This document shows positions 9,909-20,105 of a stretch of 64,000 bases of DNA, piece after piece. The stretch is from Henriciella sp. (GTDB taxonomy: Bacteria > Pseudomonadota > Alphaproteobacteria > Caulobacterales > Hyphomonadaceae). The stretch's first letter is position 1. Every line of letters begins with the position of its first letter. The notes below the pieces were generated by a model that did not search any database, was not told where the DNA came from, and worked only from the letters and a program-made list of their open reading frames with translations. The stretch lies in contig CBFICP010000003.1 in NCBI GenBank assembly GCA_965661195.1, forward strand, positions 27,526 to 91,525. The letters run 5' to 3'. Made by a program: the position numbers and the translations under genes.

Positions 9909-11117
9909 ATGCGTGAAGCAGTTATTGTATCCACCGCTCGGACTGGACTGGCAAAAGCCAGCCGTGGTTCGCTAAACGACACACACGGGATAACGATGGC
10001 AGGCCATGTCATCAAAGGCGCTCTCGAGCGCGCCGGTGTCGAGCCGGAAGCCGTCGAAGATGTGTATCTTGGATCGGCTCAGCCAGAGGGCGCGACCGGT
10101 CACAACGTTGCGCGGAATGCCGCAATGTGGGCTGGCTGTCCGTCGACCACGTCGGGCGCTACAATTAACCGTTTCTGTTCGTCCGGATTGCAGGCGATCG
10201 CTTGCGCGGCGCAAAATGTTATTACCGAAGGCGCACCAGTAGCGATCGGTGGTGGTGTTGAAAGTCTGTCATTGGTTTCGCGCTCCGGCCACATGAACAC
10301 GCACCGCTACGTTGAAGATCAGCTGATGGGGCAATGGCCAGCACTCTGGATGCCGATGATCGAGACAGCGGAAATCGTTGCAGATCGTTATAATGTCAGC
10401 CGTGAGGCGCAGGATGAGTATTCTGCAGAAAGCCAGCGCCGGACAGCGGAATTCCAGAAATCCGGTGGCATGGCCGAAGAGATCGTGCCGCTAAAGACAC
10501 GTATGAAGCTCGTCAACAAAGAGACGGGCGAAGAGACCTATCAGGATGTGGTATGTGATCGTGACGAGTGTAACCGTCCGGGAACAACATATGAGACGCT
10601 GGCGGGTCTGCAGCCGGTTTATTCCGGTGGCATGCAGGTCAAGCAGGGCAAATATATCACGGCTGGTAACGCCTCTCAGCTATCTGACGGTGCTGCGGCG
10701 GTGGTTGTCATGGAAGCCGAAGAAGCCGCACGTCGGAATATTGAGCCGCTCGGCCGGTTCATGGGCTTCAACGTTGCGGGTTGTGATCCGGATGAGATGG
10801 GTATCGGTCCGGTATTTGCCGTTCCGCGTCTGCTTGAGCGCCATGGTCTGAAAGTCGATGATATTGATCTCTGGGAACTGAATGAAGCGTTCGCGTCGCA
10901 GTGCCTTTATTCGCGTGACCGGCTCGGCATCGATCCTGAGAAGTACAATGTTAATGGCGGCTCGATTTCCATCGGTCACCCATTTGGCATGACCGGCGCG
11001 CGTTGCACCGGCTCTCTGCTTCTTGAAGGTCGTCGCCGGAAAGCGAAATATGGTGTTGTCACAATGTGTATTGGTGGCGGCATGGGCGCAGCAGGTCTGT
11101 TCGAGATCTACAGCTAA
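9909..11117 (+). CDS. Acetyl-CoA C-acyltransferase (thiolase)
   Basis: Active-site Cys motif NRFCSSGLQAI and C-terminal motifs NVNGGSISIGHPFGMTGAR and MCIGGGMGAAGLFE. Good SD (GAGGAG) upstream. Confidence 0.92.
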   Translation: MREAVIVSTARTGLAKASRGSLNDTHGITMAGHVIKGALERAGVEPEAVEDVYLGSAQPEGATGHNVARNAAMWAGCPSTTSGATINRFCSSGLQAIACAAQNVITEGAPVAIGGGVESLSLVSRSGHMNTHRYVEDQLMGQWPALWMPMIETAEIVADRYNVSREAQDEYSAESQRRTAEFQKSGGMAEEIVPLKTRMKLVNKETGEETYQDVVCDRDECNRPGTTYETLAGLQPVYSGGMQVKQGKYITAGNASQLSDGAAAVVVMEAEEAARRNIEPLGRFMGFNVAGCDPDEMGIGPVFAVPRLLERHGLKVDDIDLWELNEAFASQCLYSRDRLGIDPEKYNVNGGSISIGHPFGMTGARCTGSLLLEGRRRKAKYGVVTMCIGGGMGAAGLFEIYS

Positions 11118-11138
11118 CGTCTGATATTCTGACAATAG

Positions 11139-11169
11139 AAAGCCCCGGCGTGATTGCCGGGGCTTTTTT
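11139..11169. terminator. Rho-independent-type hairpin (aaagccccggc-gtgatt-gccggggcttt + T-run)
   Basis: 11-bp stem followed by TTTTT, between the convergent thiolase and S9 peptidase genes. Confidence 0.65.
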
Positions 11170-11191
11170 GTATCGTCAGTTAATTCGATAT

Positions 11192-13411
11192 TTAATCATC
11201 GAAGTTAAAGCCGGGCTGCTTGCCAACGGCTGCCAGCGCAAAGGCATATTCAAGCGCTGTCTCTCTTAGCCCTTCGAACCGGCCGGACGCCCCGCCATGG
11301 CCGGCGCCCATATTGATTTTCAGGAAGTATGGTCCTGCCATCGGGGCTTCATGCCGCAATTGCGCGGTCCATTTTGCCGGTTCCCAATAAGTGACGCGTG
11401 GATCCGTCAGGCCACCTGTTATCAGCATCGGCGGGTATGACTGCTCGCGAACCTGATCATAGGGGCTGTAACTAAGAATATAATCATAGTCTTCCGGGCT
11501 GGTAATCGGATTACCCCATTCCGGCCACTCCGGCGGGGTGAGCGGCAGGGTCGTGTCCGACATTGTATTCAACACATCTACAAATGGTACGGCAGCGACA
11601 ATGCCTGCAAATAGATCCGGGGCCTGGTTGACCACCGCTCCCATCAGCATGCCGCCGGCCGATCCTCCCATGCCGACGATCTGTCCTGTGGAAGTGTAAT
11701 TACTGTCGATCAGGAAGCGGGCAGCATCAACATAATCGTTGAATGTGTTGGTCTTGTTTTCAAGCTTGCCATCAAGATACCACTGATAGCCCTTTGCCAT
11801 GGATCCGCGAGGATGGACGGTCGCATAAATCATGCCCCGGTTGACGAGTGCGATTGGTGTAGTTCTGAAATCCGGGGTGATTGTAATGCCATATGAGCCA
11901 TAGCCGTATAGCAGCATCGGGGCCGAGCCGTCGCGCGCCGTCGTCTTATGGTAGAAAATTGTGACAGGAACGGTTTCGCCATCGCGAGCCGGAATCATGA
12001 CGCGTTCTACGCGGTAATCGTCAATTGTATGCCCGGATGGAACTTCGAGCGTTTTACGCAACTGCCGTGCACCAGTCTCCAGATCATAATCGAAAGTCTG
12101 ATCCGGCGTGGTTGGCGAGGCATAGGTGAAGCGGATCTGGCTGGTCTTATACTCATAGCCAATTGATATATCGAGATCATATGCAGCTTCCTGAAATTCG
12201 ATTGCCTGCTCGGTGCCTTCAACAGTTCGGATTATGATTTTTGGCAGCCCGTCTGTACGTTGAACTCTGATGATGAAGTCTTCGACCACGGCCATGGACA
12301 GGATCAGTGTGCCCCGCTGATGCGGTACAAGATCTTCCCAGTTTGCGACCTCCGGCGCCGCGACCGGAGCAGTTACGAGCTTGTAGTCAAGCGCGCCGTC
12401 ACGATTTGTCATAATCACGAACTGATCGCCGAAATGTTCCAGTGTATATTCAACACCAGCTTCACGCGCCGCAATCAAAACGGGTTCAGGGTTTTCGCTA
12501 TCCGATCTGAAAAATCTGTACTCGCTCGTAGTATGATCGCTGGCGCGCAGAAATATGTAATCGCCTGACTGGCTGATATCTACGCCGAGGAAAAAACCGG
12601 GGTCACTTTCGCGATAGATTTCTTCTGACCTGCCGGAGCCAAGAACATACATATGAATGGCGGCTGGACGGCCCTCTTCGTTGCGTTCGATCCAGTAGAT
12701 TCGATCTGAATTCTTGCCCCAGACAAATTCGCCATAACCATCCGTCAGACGGTCGGGCAGAAGCTCGCCTGTCGCGATATCTTTGATATATATGTCGTAA
12801 TATTCGCTGCCCTGAGTATCGACGCTGTAGGCGATGAGTTTGTGATCGGGTGAGTGCAGGACTTCTCCAAAGCTGAAATAGGGTTTGTCTTTACCAAGAG
12901 CATCACCGTCAAGAATGATCTCGGTTTCTGCATTCTCATTATAGATATCTTCTGCCGCTCGCCGCGCAAAAATGAGGTATTCGCCGCCTGTTCTATATTT
13001 GCTGAGATAGGCATAAGGCCCGTCAATATTTGGCAGTGAGGAATCATCTTCGTTGATCCGGCCGCGCATCTCGGTGAACAATCCTTCGGTGAGCGCGTCT
13101 AACGGCTGTTCCAGACTTGCTTTGGTATATGCATTTTCGGCCTCCAGATACGCTCTTATATCGGCCTGCAAACCGCTCGGATCTTTTAGCAATTGCTGCC
13201 AGTTATCATCCTTCAGCCATTGGTAGGGATCGTTTCTGACACGCCCTGCCTGCTCGATTTCATGTGAGACCCGCAACGCTGTCGGCGGGGATAGTGACGT
13301 CAGATTATTATCTTGGTCGCTTTGCATTTGGGTCTCCTGATAGAGCGAAAAAAAGGCCGTTGTCACCACAACGCAAAATATGGTGACGGCAACCGGAATG
13401 AATTGTTTCAT
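11192..13411 (-). CDS. ptrB: S9 family serine peptidase, oligopeptidase B (protease II)-like
   Basis: N-terminal signal/anchor and a beta-propeller region with NDPYQWLKDDNW. Catalytic domain has the nucleophile motif GMGGSAGGMLMG and a later GAGHGG. Confidence 0.8.
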   Translation of the reverse strand: MKQFIPVAVTIFCVVVTTAFFSLYQETQMQSDQDNNLTSLSPPTALRVSHEIEQAGRVRNDPYQWLKDDNWQQLLKDPSGLQADIRAYLEAENAYTKASLEQPLDALTEGLFTEMRGRINEDDSSLPNIDGPYAYLSKYRTGGEYLIFARRAAEDIYNENAETEIILDGDALGKDKPYFSFGEVLHSPDHKLIAYSVDTQGSEYYDIYIKDIATGELLPDRLTDGYGEFVWGKNSDRIYWIERNEEGRPAAIHMYVLGSGRSEEIYRESDPGFFLGVDISQSGDYIFLRASDHTTSEYRFFRSDSENPEPVLIAAREAGVEYTLEHFGDQFVIMTNRDGALDYKLVTAPVAAPEVANWEDLVPHQRGTLILSMAVVEDFIIRVQRTDGLPKIIIRTVEGTEQAIEFQEAAYDLDISIGYEYKTSQIRFTYASPTTPDQTFDYDLETGARQLRKTLEVPSGHTIDDYRVERVMIPARDGETVPVTIFYHKTTARDGSAPMLLYGYGSYGITITPDFRTTPIALVNRGMIYATVHPRGSMAKGYQWYLDGKLENKTNTFNDYVDAARFLIDSNYTSTGQIVGMGGSAGGMLMGAVVNQAPDLFAGIVAAVPFVDVLNTMSDTTLPLTPPEWPEWGNPITSPEDYDYILSYSPYDQVREQSYPPMLITGGLTDPRVTYWEPAKWTAQLRHEAPMAGPYFLKINMGAGHGGASGRFEGLRETALEYAFALAAVGKQPGFNFDD

Positions 13412-13489
13412 AATCTTAATATCCTGCCTTAGCCCTGCAGTTTCGACAGGTCATGACATTTGGTGGGGCAATGGGCGACCGGGTTGCGA

Positions 13490-13918
13490 TCAAGCGTCGC
13501 TTGGCTCAAATTGCAACACGACACCATTGATACACCAGCGTTCGCCGGTGGGTTCAGGGCCGTCATTGAAAACATGCCCCATATGCAGACCGCATGAGGC
13601 ACAATGACATTCCCGGCGCGGGTAGATCATTTTAAAATCGGTTTTGGTCGCAATCGCTGTTTCGCGAACCGGTTGCCAGAAACTTGGCCATCCGGTGCCG
13701 CTGTCGAATTTATGCTGAGAGGACCAAAGCGGGGCGCCGCAGCCAACACAATGATAAAAGCCATCGCGTTTTTCATCATTATGATTCCCGTCGGAGAAGG
13801 GCCGCTCGGTGCCTTCCTTTATACCTACCCGAAACTGTTCAGGCGTCAGAATATTCCGCCATTCATCATTACTGCGCTTGATGATTTTCGGGTTCGGGGT
13901 CGGTCGAAGGGGTATCAT
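13490..13918 (-). CDS. msrB: Peptide-methionine (R)-S-oxide reductase MsrB
   Basis: SelR domain with two CxxC zinc motifs (CVGCGAPL, CASCGLHMGH) and the catalytic-Cys motif RWCING. The likely start is M15 of the listed ORF (13918). Confidence 0.9.
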   Translation of the reverse strand: MIPLRPTPNPKIIKRSNDEWRNILTPEQFRVGIKEGTERPFSDGNHNDEKRDGFYHCVGCGAPLWSSQHKFDSGTGWPSFWQPVRETAIATKTDFKMIYPRRECHCASCGLHMGHVFNDGPEPTGERWCINGVVLQFEPSDA

Positions 13919-13962
13919 AGGCAAGCTCCTGAAACATTCACTTGCCTTTATATAGTGCAAAG

Positions 13963-14418
13963 CTAGGCGTATAGAACGGAAATTGTTTCAGCGACGCATG
14001 CTGGGCGTTCCTGACCTTCGATTTCGATCACGCATTCGGAAATGAGCTGCTTGCCGCCGGCCTTTTCGTTCACTTCTTTCAGGGTCTGGCGCATCCGTAG
14101 TTTGGATCCGACCGGAACCATGTTTGTAAACCGGACAGAATTGCAGCCATAATTGATGCCGCGGCTGGTGCCGGTGACTCTCATGACTTCCGGACCAAGC
14201 ATTGGTAGAAGCGACAAGGTCAGATAGCCATGCACGATGGGGCTTCCCAGCTCCTTGGTCGCGCGCTCGACATCAATATGAATCCATTGGTGATCGCCGG
14301 TCGCATCGGCGAAAAGATTGACGCGGTCCTGATCGATCAAGTGCCAGTCTGAGACGCCAATCTCCTTTCCAGCCATTTTTTCCAGATCTTCGAAAGCGAT
14401 TTCGGTTGGGTTGGCCAT
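13963..14418 (-). CDS. MaoC family (R)-specific enoyl-CoA hydratase / dehydratase
   Basis: 151-aa hot-dog protein with the hydratase motif ATGDHQWIHIDVERA. Confidence 0.85.
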   Translation of the reverse strand: MANPTEIAFEDLEKMAGKEIGVSDWHLIDQDRVNLFADATGDHQWIHIDVERATKELGSPIVHGYLTLSLLPMLGPEVMRVTGTSRGINYGCNSVRFTNMVPVGSKLRMRQTLKEVNEKAGGKQLISECVIEIEGQERPACVAETISVLYA

Positions 14419-14502
14419 AGTATTTTCCTTTTTGTTTTGTGAAAGCGGAGTATCGACGAGCAGCGATGCTGCTTTTTCTGTCGATGGGTAACAAGGGATA
14501 AG

Positions 14503-16050
14503 TTAGACAATTCGGCTGCTGGCGTTCCCCCAGTACCGGTCGCGGACCAGGCGTTTGTAAAGCTTTCCGGTCGGATGCCGAGGTAGCTCAGGGTCGAAGT
14601 CGACGCTGCGAGGACATTTGATTTTAGCCAGCTGGCTCTGGCAGTATTCGAGTAGCTCTTCGGCAAGCTCCTCACTTGGTTCCAGCCCGTTAATGGGCTG
14701 GACAACCGCTTTGACCGCCTCGCCAAATTCTTCATCCGGTACACCGATCACTGCGACATCGGCAACTGAGGGGTGCGTTATCAGAACGTTTTCGGCCTCT
14801 TGCGGGTAAATATTCACGCCGCCGGATATAATCATAAAGGCTTTTCTGTCGGTAAGATAAAGGAAACCATCGCCATCAACCCGGCCAATGTCGCCGAGCG
14901 ACGACCAGTCCTGATGCTTAGGATTGAGTGCGCCGGCAGTCTTTTCTTTATCATTATGATATTTTGGAACTGGCGTGCCACCGAAGTAGACCTGCCCCTC
15001 CTCGCCGGTTTCAACTTCGTCGCCGTCTTCGTTGCAAATGTGTAATTCGCCCCAGACAGGATAACCGACAGTGCCCTTGTGCTGCAACCACTGCTCCGAG
15101 CTTGCCCATGTCATGCCGTTACCTTCGGAGCCGGCATAGTATTCTTCGACAACCGGTCCCCACCAGTCAATGATCTGTTCTTTGATAGGGATCGGGCAGG
15201 GTGCAGCGGCGTGAACGGCAGCGCGTAGGCTTGAGACATCATATTTTTTGCGGACGTCTTCCGGCAGTTTGAGCATCTTTACAAACATTGTCGGAACGAG
15301 CTGCGTATGGGTGATTTTGTAAGTCTCGACCAAGGACAGGAATGTTTCCGCGTCAAATTTCTCCATAATGATTATGGTGTTTTGATAGCGCGTCATTGTC
15401 ATGCACCAGGCGAGCGGCGCGGCGTGGTACAGTGGTGCAGGTGACAAATAGACGCCATCCGTTGAGGCTCTGAAAAAAGCATTCGCAATCATCATCAACG
15501 CATTGCTGGCATCAATTGCCGGGTCGGCAGGAAGCGCCGGCCGGATTCCTTTCGGACGTCCGGTTGTTCCGGATGAATATAGCATGGCAGCACCTGCATG
15601 TTCATCGGCAATTGGTGTTGTTGGATAGTCTGTCAGGATCTGCTTGAATGCCGTGAAACCTTCAATGTCGCCGTCGATTGACCAATAGGCTTCGCAATCG
15701 GTGGTTTCGGCGACCGCGGTCGCAACCGATCCTAAACCATGCGAGGCAATCAGCAGCCGGGACCCGGAATCATTGATGATATATTCAACTTCAGGGGCTG
15801 TCAGGCGGGATGAAATTGCAACAAAATACAGTCCAGCCCGTTGTGCGGCCCAGCAAATTTCAAAGAAACGCGGTGTATTTTCAGCAAAAATTGCAAACGT
15901 GTCACCAATTTGAAGTCCAAGCGCCCGCAGGGCATGGGCGGTCTGGTTCGCGCGATCTTCAAGTTCCCCAAATGTAACGGTTTCGCCACTTCCCGACATA
16001 ATGAATGCGGGCTTGTCCGGATTCGTCCTAGCATGATCTCTTGGATACAT
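14503..16050 (-). CDS. Acyl-CoA synthetase (AMP-forming, ANL superfamily)
   Basis: AMP-binding motif LYSSGTTGRPKGI, GDIGRVDGDGFLYLTDRK, and a C-terminal PRHPTGKLYKR. Confidence 0.9.
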   Translation of the reverse strand: MYPRDHARTNPDKPAFIMSGSGETVTFGELEDRANQTAHALRALGLQIGDTFAIFAENTPRFFEICWAAQRAGLYFVAISSRLTAPEVEYIINDSGSRLLIASHGLGSVATAVAETTDCEAYWSIDGDIEGFTAFKQILTDYPTTPIADEHAGAAMLYSSGTTGRPKGIRPALPADPAIDASNALMMIANAFFRASTDGVYLSPAPLYHAAPLAWCMTMTRYQNTIIIMEKFDAETFLSLVETYKITHTQLVPTMFVKMLKLPEDVRKKYDVSSLRAAVHAAAPCPIPIKEQIIDWWGPVVEEYYAGSEGNGMTWASSEQWLQHKGTVGYPVWGELHICNEDGDEVETGEEGQVYFGGTPVPKYHNDKEKTAGALNPKHQDWSSLGDIGRVDGDGFLYLTDRKAFMIISGGVNIYPQEAENVLITHPSVADVAVIGVPDEEFGEAVKAVVQPINGLEPSEELAEELLEYCQSQLAKIKCPRSVDFDPELPRHPTGKLYKRLVRDRYWGNASSRIV

Positions 16051-16143
16051 AATGTCTTCCGTCCCTGAATTTCATTTTATTATGTTTTGCTATATAATTA
16101 GCGATGACAAAGGGCTTGTGTCTATTGCTGCCCTTAGAAAAGT

Positions 16144-17040
16144 TTAGGTCTTTCTCCTCTCGGCCCAGTCACGCTTTATATCTTCGGTTCGCTGATGTTT
16201 GCCTGCGGGGTCCCAGCCGGGTGGATTTATCATCCGCCTCAGCCAGTTTACCGGTTTTACGCCGTCATTGATGCAATCATTAATGAGACTGACGGCTTCG
16301 TGGAATGCGATGACTAGAAGGTTGAAGCTTTCAAGCGGCTTGACGATGCCATAAACTGGCGGTTCGTTCTGCCTCTCTGCAACAAAGGTCCCGAACATTT
16401 TGTCCCAGACAATGAAAACACCAGCATAATTGGCATCAAGATATCGCGGATTTATTGCATGGTGCACGCGGTGATGACTGGGAGTGTTAAAAATAGCTTC
16501 AAACCAGGCCGGCATTCGGTCGATGCTTTCGGTATGGATCCAGAATTGATAAATCAGGTTGATGCCGGCGACCAGAATAATCAGTCCGGGATTAAAACCT
16601 AGAATGACAAGCGGCAGACCGAGGGCAACCAGACCGGTGAAGGGGCCGAACCAGGGCTGTCTCAACGCTGTTGAAAGATTATAATGCTGGCTCGAATGAT
16701 GGGTGACATGTTCCATCCAAAACCAGCGCACACGATGCGCCAGGCGGTGCTTCCAATAATAGACAAAATCATACGCGATAAATACGAGGATGAAGCTGTA
16801 GGCATTACTGCTGATTGTCATAATCCGATATGGCCAGAGTGACATCATCAGCCAGGTCAGCGCGAACGCGGTCAACGCGCCGACGATCAGGTTTCCGACG
16901 CCCATGCTCATGCTGGCGAAGGTGTCACGTAATTCGTACTTGCCTCTAGCGTAATTCAGGCGGATGGCGGTATATTCAACAATTACCGCTAGCGCGAAAA
17001 CCGGTCCGAACAGGGCTGTGATATCAGGATAATTTTCCAT
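16144..17040 (-). CDS. Fatty acid hydroxylase / sterol desaturase family membrane protein
   Basis: Multi-TM protein with histidine boxes HRLAHR, HVTHHSS and HHRVHH. Confidence 0.8.
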   Translation of the reverse strand: MENYPDITALFGPVFALAVIVEYTAIRLNYARGKYELRDTFASMSMGVGNLIVGALTAFALTWLMMSLWPYRIMTISSNAYSFILVFIAYDFVYYWKHRLAHRVRWFWMEHVTHHSSQHYNLSTALRQPWFGPFTGLVALGLPLVILGFNPGLIILVAGINLIYQFWIHTESIDRMPAWFEAIFNTPSHHRVHHAINPRYLDANYAGVFIVWDKMFGTFVAERQNEPPVYGIVKPLESFNLLVIAFHEAVSLINDCINDGVKPVNWLRRMINPPGWDPAGKHQRTEDIKRDWAERRKT

Positions 17041-17162
17041 AATTCTGAATGCGCAAAAATTTACAGAAAGAAAAGTGTGGACGTAGCGTCAGCCTGTTGC
17101 AGCGGTTGACGTTTTAAAGATGTAACGGTCATTTAAAGATGTTTACTAATTGAGAGGTCAAA

Positions 17163-18059
17163 ATGGCAAGCTTAGGACAATTCGAACAAATTCAACTCGA
17201 GGTCGAAGACGGCATCGCAATTCTGACACTAAATCGCCCGGAAAGCATGAATGCATTCACCGGGCGGATGATGTATGAGTTGATCGAGGCGTTTGACATC
17301 ACCGACGCCAATGATGATGTCCGGGCGGTTATTATGACCGGCAGTGGCGATCGGGCATTCTGTGCCGGCGCCGATTTGTCCGAAGGGGCGAAGACGTTCG
17401 ATTATGAAGCCCGCTCGGAAGAGCCTGATCGTGGCGACTTGGAAGATCTGCAACGTGATGGCGGCGGCCGGGTAACTCTGAGAATGTTTAACAGCCTGAA
17501 ACCGGTGATCGGCGCGATTAACGGGGCGGCCGTTGGCATCGGCGTAACCATGCAATTGCCTATGGATATCCGTATCGCTTCGGAAACTGCACGGTTCGGG
17601 TTTGTTTTCAATCGCCGCGGGATTAATCCGGAAGCCGCATCGAGCTGGTTTCTGCCTCGTATCGTCGGCATTTCGAAAGCGCTGGAATGGTGCTATTCGG
17701 GCAAGGTATTTCCGGCACAGGAGGCGCTCGAGGGCGGCCTGATACGCTCGATTCACAAACCGGATGAATTGCTGGATGCAGCGAAAGCCATTGCGCGGGA
17801 AATGGCCGATAATACCGCTGCCGTTTCAACCAGTTTGACCCGTCAGATGATGTGGAAAATGTTAGGTGCAAGCCATCCTATGGAAGCGCATATCGTCGAT
17901 AGCGCGGCAATTTACCGACGCGGGCAGAGTGAAGACGCCAAAGAAGGTGTTATGAGCTTTCTTGAGAAACGAAAGCCGACTTATCCGGTCAAAGTGTCTG
18001 ATGGTATGCCGGACTTCTTTCCTTGGTGGGACGAGCCCGAGTTCAAGTGGATTGGCTGA
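17163..18059 (+). CDS. Enoyl-CoA hydratase/isomerase (crotonase) family protein
   Basis: Oxyanion-hole motifs AFCAGADLSEG and AINGAAVGIGVTMQLPMDIRIA. Confidence 0.88.
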   Translation: MASLGQFEQIQLEVEDGIAILTLNRPESMNAFTGRMMYELIEAFDITDANDDVRAVIMTGSGDRAFCAGADLSEGAKTFDYEARSEEPDRGDLEDLQRDGGGRVTLRMFNSLKPVIGAINGAAVGIGVTMQLPMDIRIASETARFGFVFNRRGINPEAASSWFLPRIVGISKALEWCYSGKVFPAQEALEGGLIRSIHKPDELLDAAKAIAREMADNTAAVSTSLTRQMMWKMLGASHPMEAHIVDSAAIYRRGQSEDAKEGVMSFLEKRKPTYPVKVSDGMPDFFPWWDEPEFKWIG

Positions 18060-18108
18060 CACGCAAGTGTCCTGATTGTCGTCAGCTGGCCGCCAGTGGC
18101 GAGTGCCA

Positions 18109-19809
18109 TCAGACAATGGCAGCATCAATCAAGAGAAAGGTTGCCAGTCGCGCGCTGGCGCTTTTCTTTGAGCTGGCTGTCTTCTCGAGTGCCTCAAGCG
18201 CGTCGGCTTGCTCATAACTTATGAAATCACTTGCGAGCTGCATAAGAGACGCATCTGACCGCAACCGCTTGCGGATCCGGTCGACGGACCGGTTTGCGTC
18301 TTCGGAGACAATCCGCCGCCGCTCGATGTCTCCTTTAAGGGATGCAGCGGCCGCGCGTTTTTTCTGCTTGGTCCGGAATGCGTCGACCAGCTCTATGCCT
18401 GATTCTTCGAGACGAAGTATGATTTCGCTGGCCGTTTCCTCTCGCGATAAAGGCACATGATCGCTCTTTTCCATATCGGCGATAATTTCGCTCAGTGACT
18501 GCTTGGAATGGGCGTCTTCGATCGCTCCCTCAAGATTATCATCGATCTCGATATCGACGAAGTCTTCCGGCTCGAAATCTAGCCAGCCTTGATCGCGTTC
18601 AAGGTTTTGTGCGGCCCGGCTCTCGTCGACAGTGGCAGCGATCTGGTCGGCAGCCGCTTCGAACAGGCCAGGACCATCCGCAGGTGCCTCCTCACTGTCA
18701 GAATCGTGCGAGGCAATGGGCGGATTTGCCGGCTTGCCGGCGGCTGTCGGGGTATTTGAGCGGCCGCGCCGCCGCGCTTGTCGGCGGGGTGGCGCCGCTG
18801 CCGGACCGAGATCCTCGTCATCATCGAGAATTTCATCATCACGCGTCGCTGATGCGACCGGGATCTTGATATCGGGTTCAGAACCGATGTCATCGGCTGA
18901 GTTGCCAGTCGCAATTACCGCAGCGGCCAGACGCTGGCTCGCATTTTCGAGCGCATCAATTATCTGCTCGGATGAACGACACGCCGCTTCCACCGAATCC
19001 TGAGAGGCAATCAAATTATCATCCATGCGCTGTAGGGTTTCGATCAAACCGCCACCATTTTCAGTTGCTGCGCCAGCCAGAGCATCAATTTCACTGATTT
19101 TTTCGCCAAGCGAAACGCCGGTTGCTTCGAGACGGTCAAGGCGTGCCTCGAGTGCTTTTTCGGCCTTCTCAATATCTGCGGCGAAGGATTCGGCTGATTT
19201 GGTCAGGAGGCGTGTCTGTTTTGGCAGCGCGTCAGGAAGGCTCTCTGACAATGCATGTAGCGATTTGGCGAGCGTTTCGAGCGACTGGCGTTCCTGCGAG
19301 AGTTGGCTAACCAATTCTTTCGTATTGTCGGCATTCGCGTACGTTACCGATTCGATCCGGCGTCTTTCATCGTCCAATGTTTCGAATACGTCCTTGATGC
19401 TGGTCACGGCCTCCGTCATTGCCTGACTCATTGCGGACGTAGCCTGGTTTAGCTGGTCAACAACCCGGTTTGGGCGGGTCTCTGAGTCGTCTGCCGGCGC
19501 CAATAATCGGGCCGCTGCCTGCAAGATTTGTTCATTCGCTTCGGCAGTGCGCTGGCGTTCTGAGATTAGCGCGCCGGCAAGGGCGATTAGCGCCCCGGGC
19601 AATAATAATGATGCCGCACCGAGAATGATTATAAACGGATTAAATACTGACAGGGCATTGAGGCCGATCACCTGGACTGTCGCTATAAGGATTGTAAGCG
19701 TCCAAAGCCCGGCGGCACCAAGACATAATTTAAAACCCCAATCGCTAAAGCGGCCGGCTGGTGGGTGAATGTCCGGGGCGATATCGATGTGGTTTGTATC
19801 GTCGGTCAT
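18109..19809 (-). CDS. Membrane-anchored coiled-coil protein, function unknown
   Basis: Two predicted N-terminal TM helices (GAAGLWTLTILIATVQVIGL; FIIILGAASLLLPGALIALAGALI), about 250 aa of heptad-like helical sequence, an acidic/basic proline-rich linker and a helical C-terminal domain. The likely start is ATG 19809 (MTDDTNH); the track ORF extends to 19878. Confidence 0.6.
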   Translation of the reverse strand: MTDDTNHIDIAPDIHPPAGRFSDWGFKLCLGAAGLWTLTILIATVQVIGLNALSVFNPFIIILGAASLLLPGALIALAGALISERQRTAEANEQILQAAARLLAPADDSETRPNRVVDQLNQATSAMSQAMTEAVTSIKDVFETLDDERRRIESVTYANADNTKELVSQLSQERQSLETLAKSLHALSESLPDALPKQTRLLTKSAESFAADIEKAEKALEARLDRLEATGVSLGEKISEIDALAGAATENGGGLIETLQRMDDNLIASQDSVEAACRSSEQIIDALENASQRLAAAVIATGNSADDIGSEPDIKIPVASATRDDEILDDDEDLGPAAAPPRRQARRRGRSNTPTAAGKPANPPIASHDSDSEEAPADGPGLFEAAADQIAATVDESRAAQNLERDQGWLDFEPEDFVDIEIDDNLEGAIEDAHSKQSLSEIIADMEKSDHVPLSREETASEIILRLEESGIELVDAFRTKQKKRAAAASLKGDIERRRIVSEDANRSVDRIRKRLRSDASLMQLASDFISYEQADALEALEKTASSKKSASARLATFLLIDAAIV

Positions 19810-20105
19810 GTGTGGTCCGTTCCGAATCTCTGCGACTTGTTTCGTTGCAACTATAAACCCTGCTGAAATCGGCGCCAACCTTGTCCCGCGCGCGACGCAG
19901 TCCGGGCTGATCTGTTGCTCCAGACAATGCTTTACTTCGTTCTAAATAGACTAGATTTTTTCAATATGCGCAAATCAGTGTTAAATCCGCATTTCAGTTA
20001 TTAGCAGTTTCGCGATGATAAGAATCGATAGATGTCTAAAACGTTTGGCCGCATTAGTAGAGGTGCCGGTCTAACATATAAATATATGAAGCAAGGACAT
20101 CCTAA

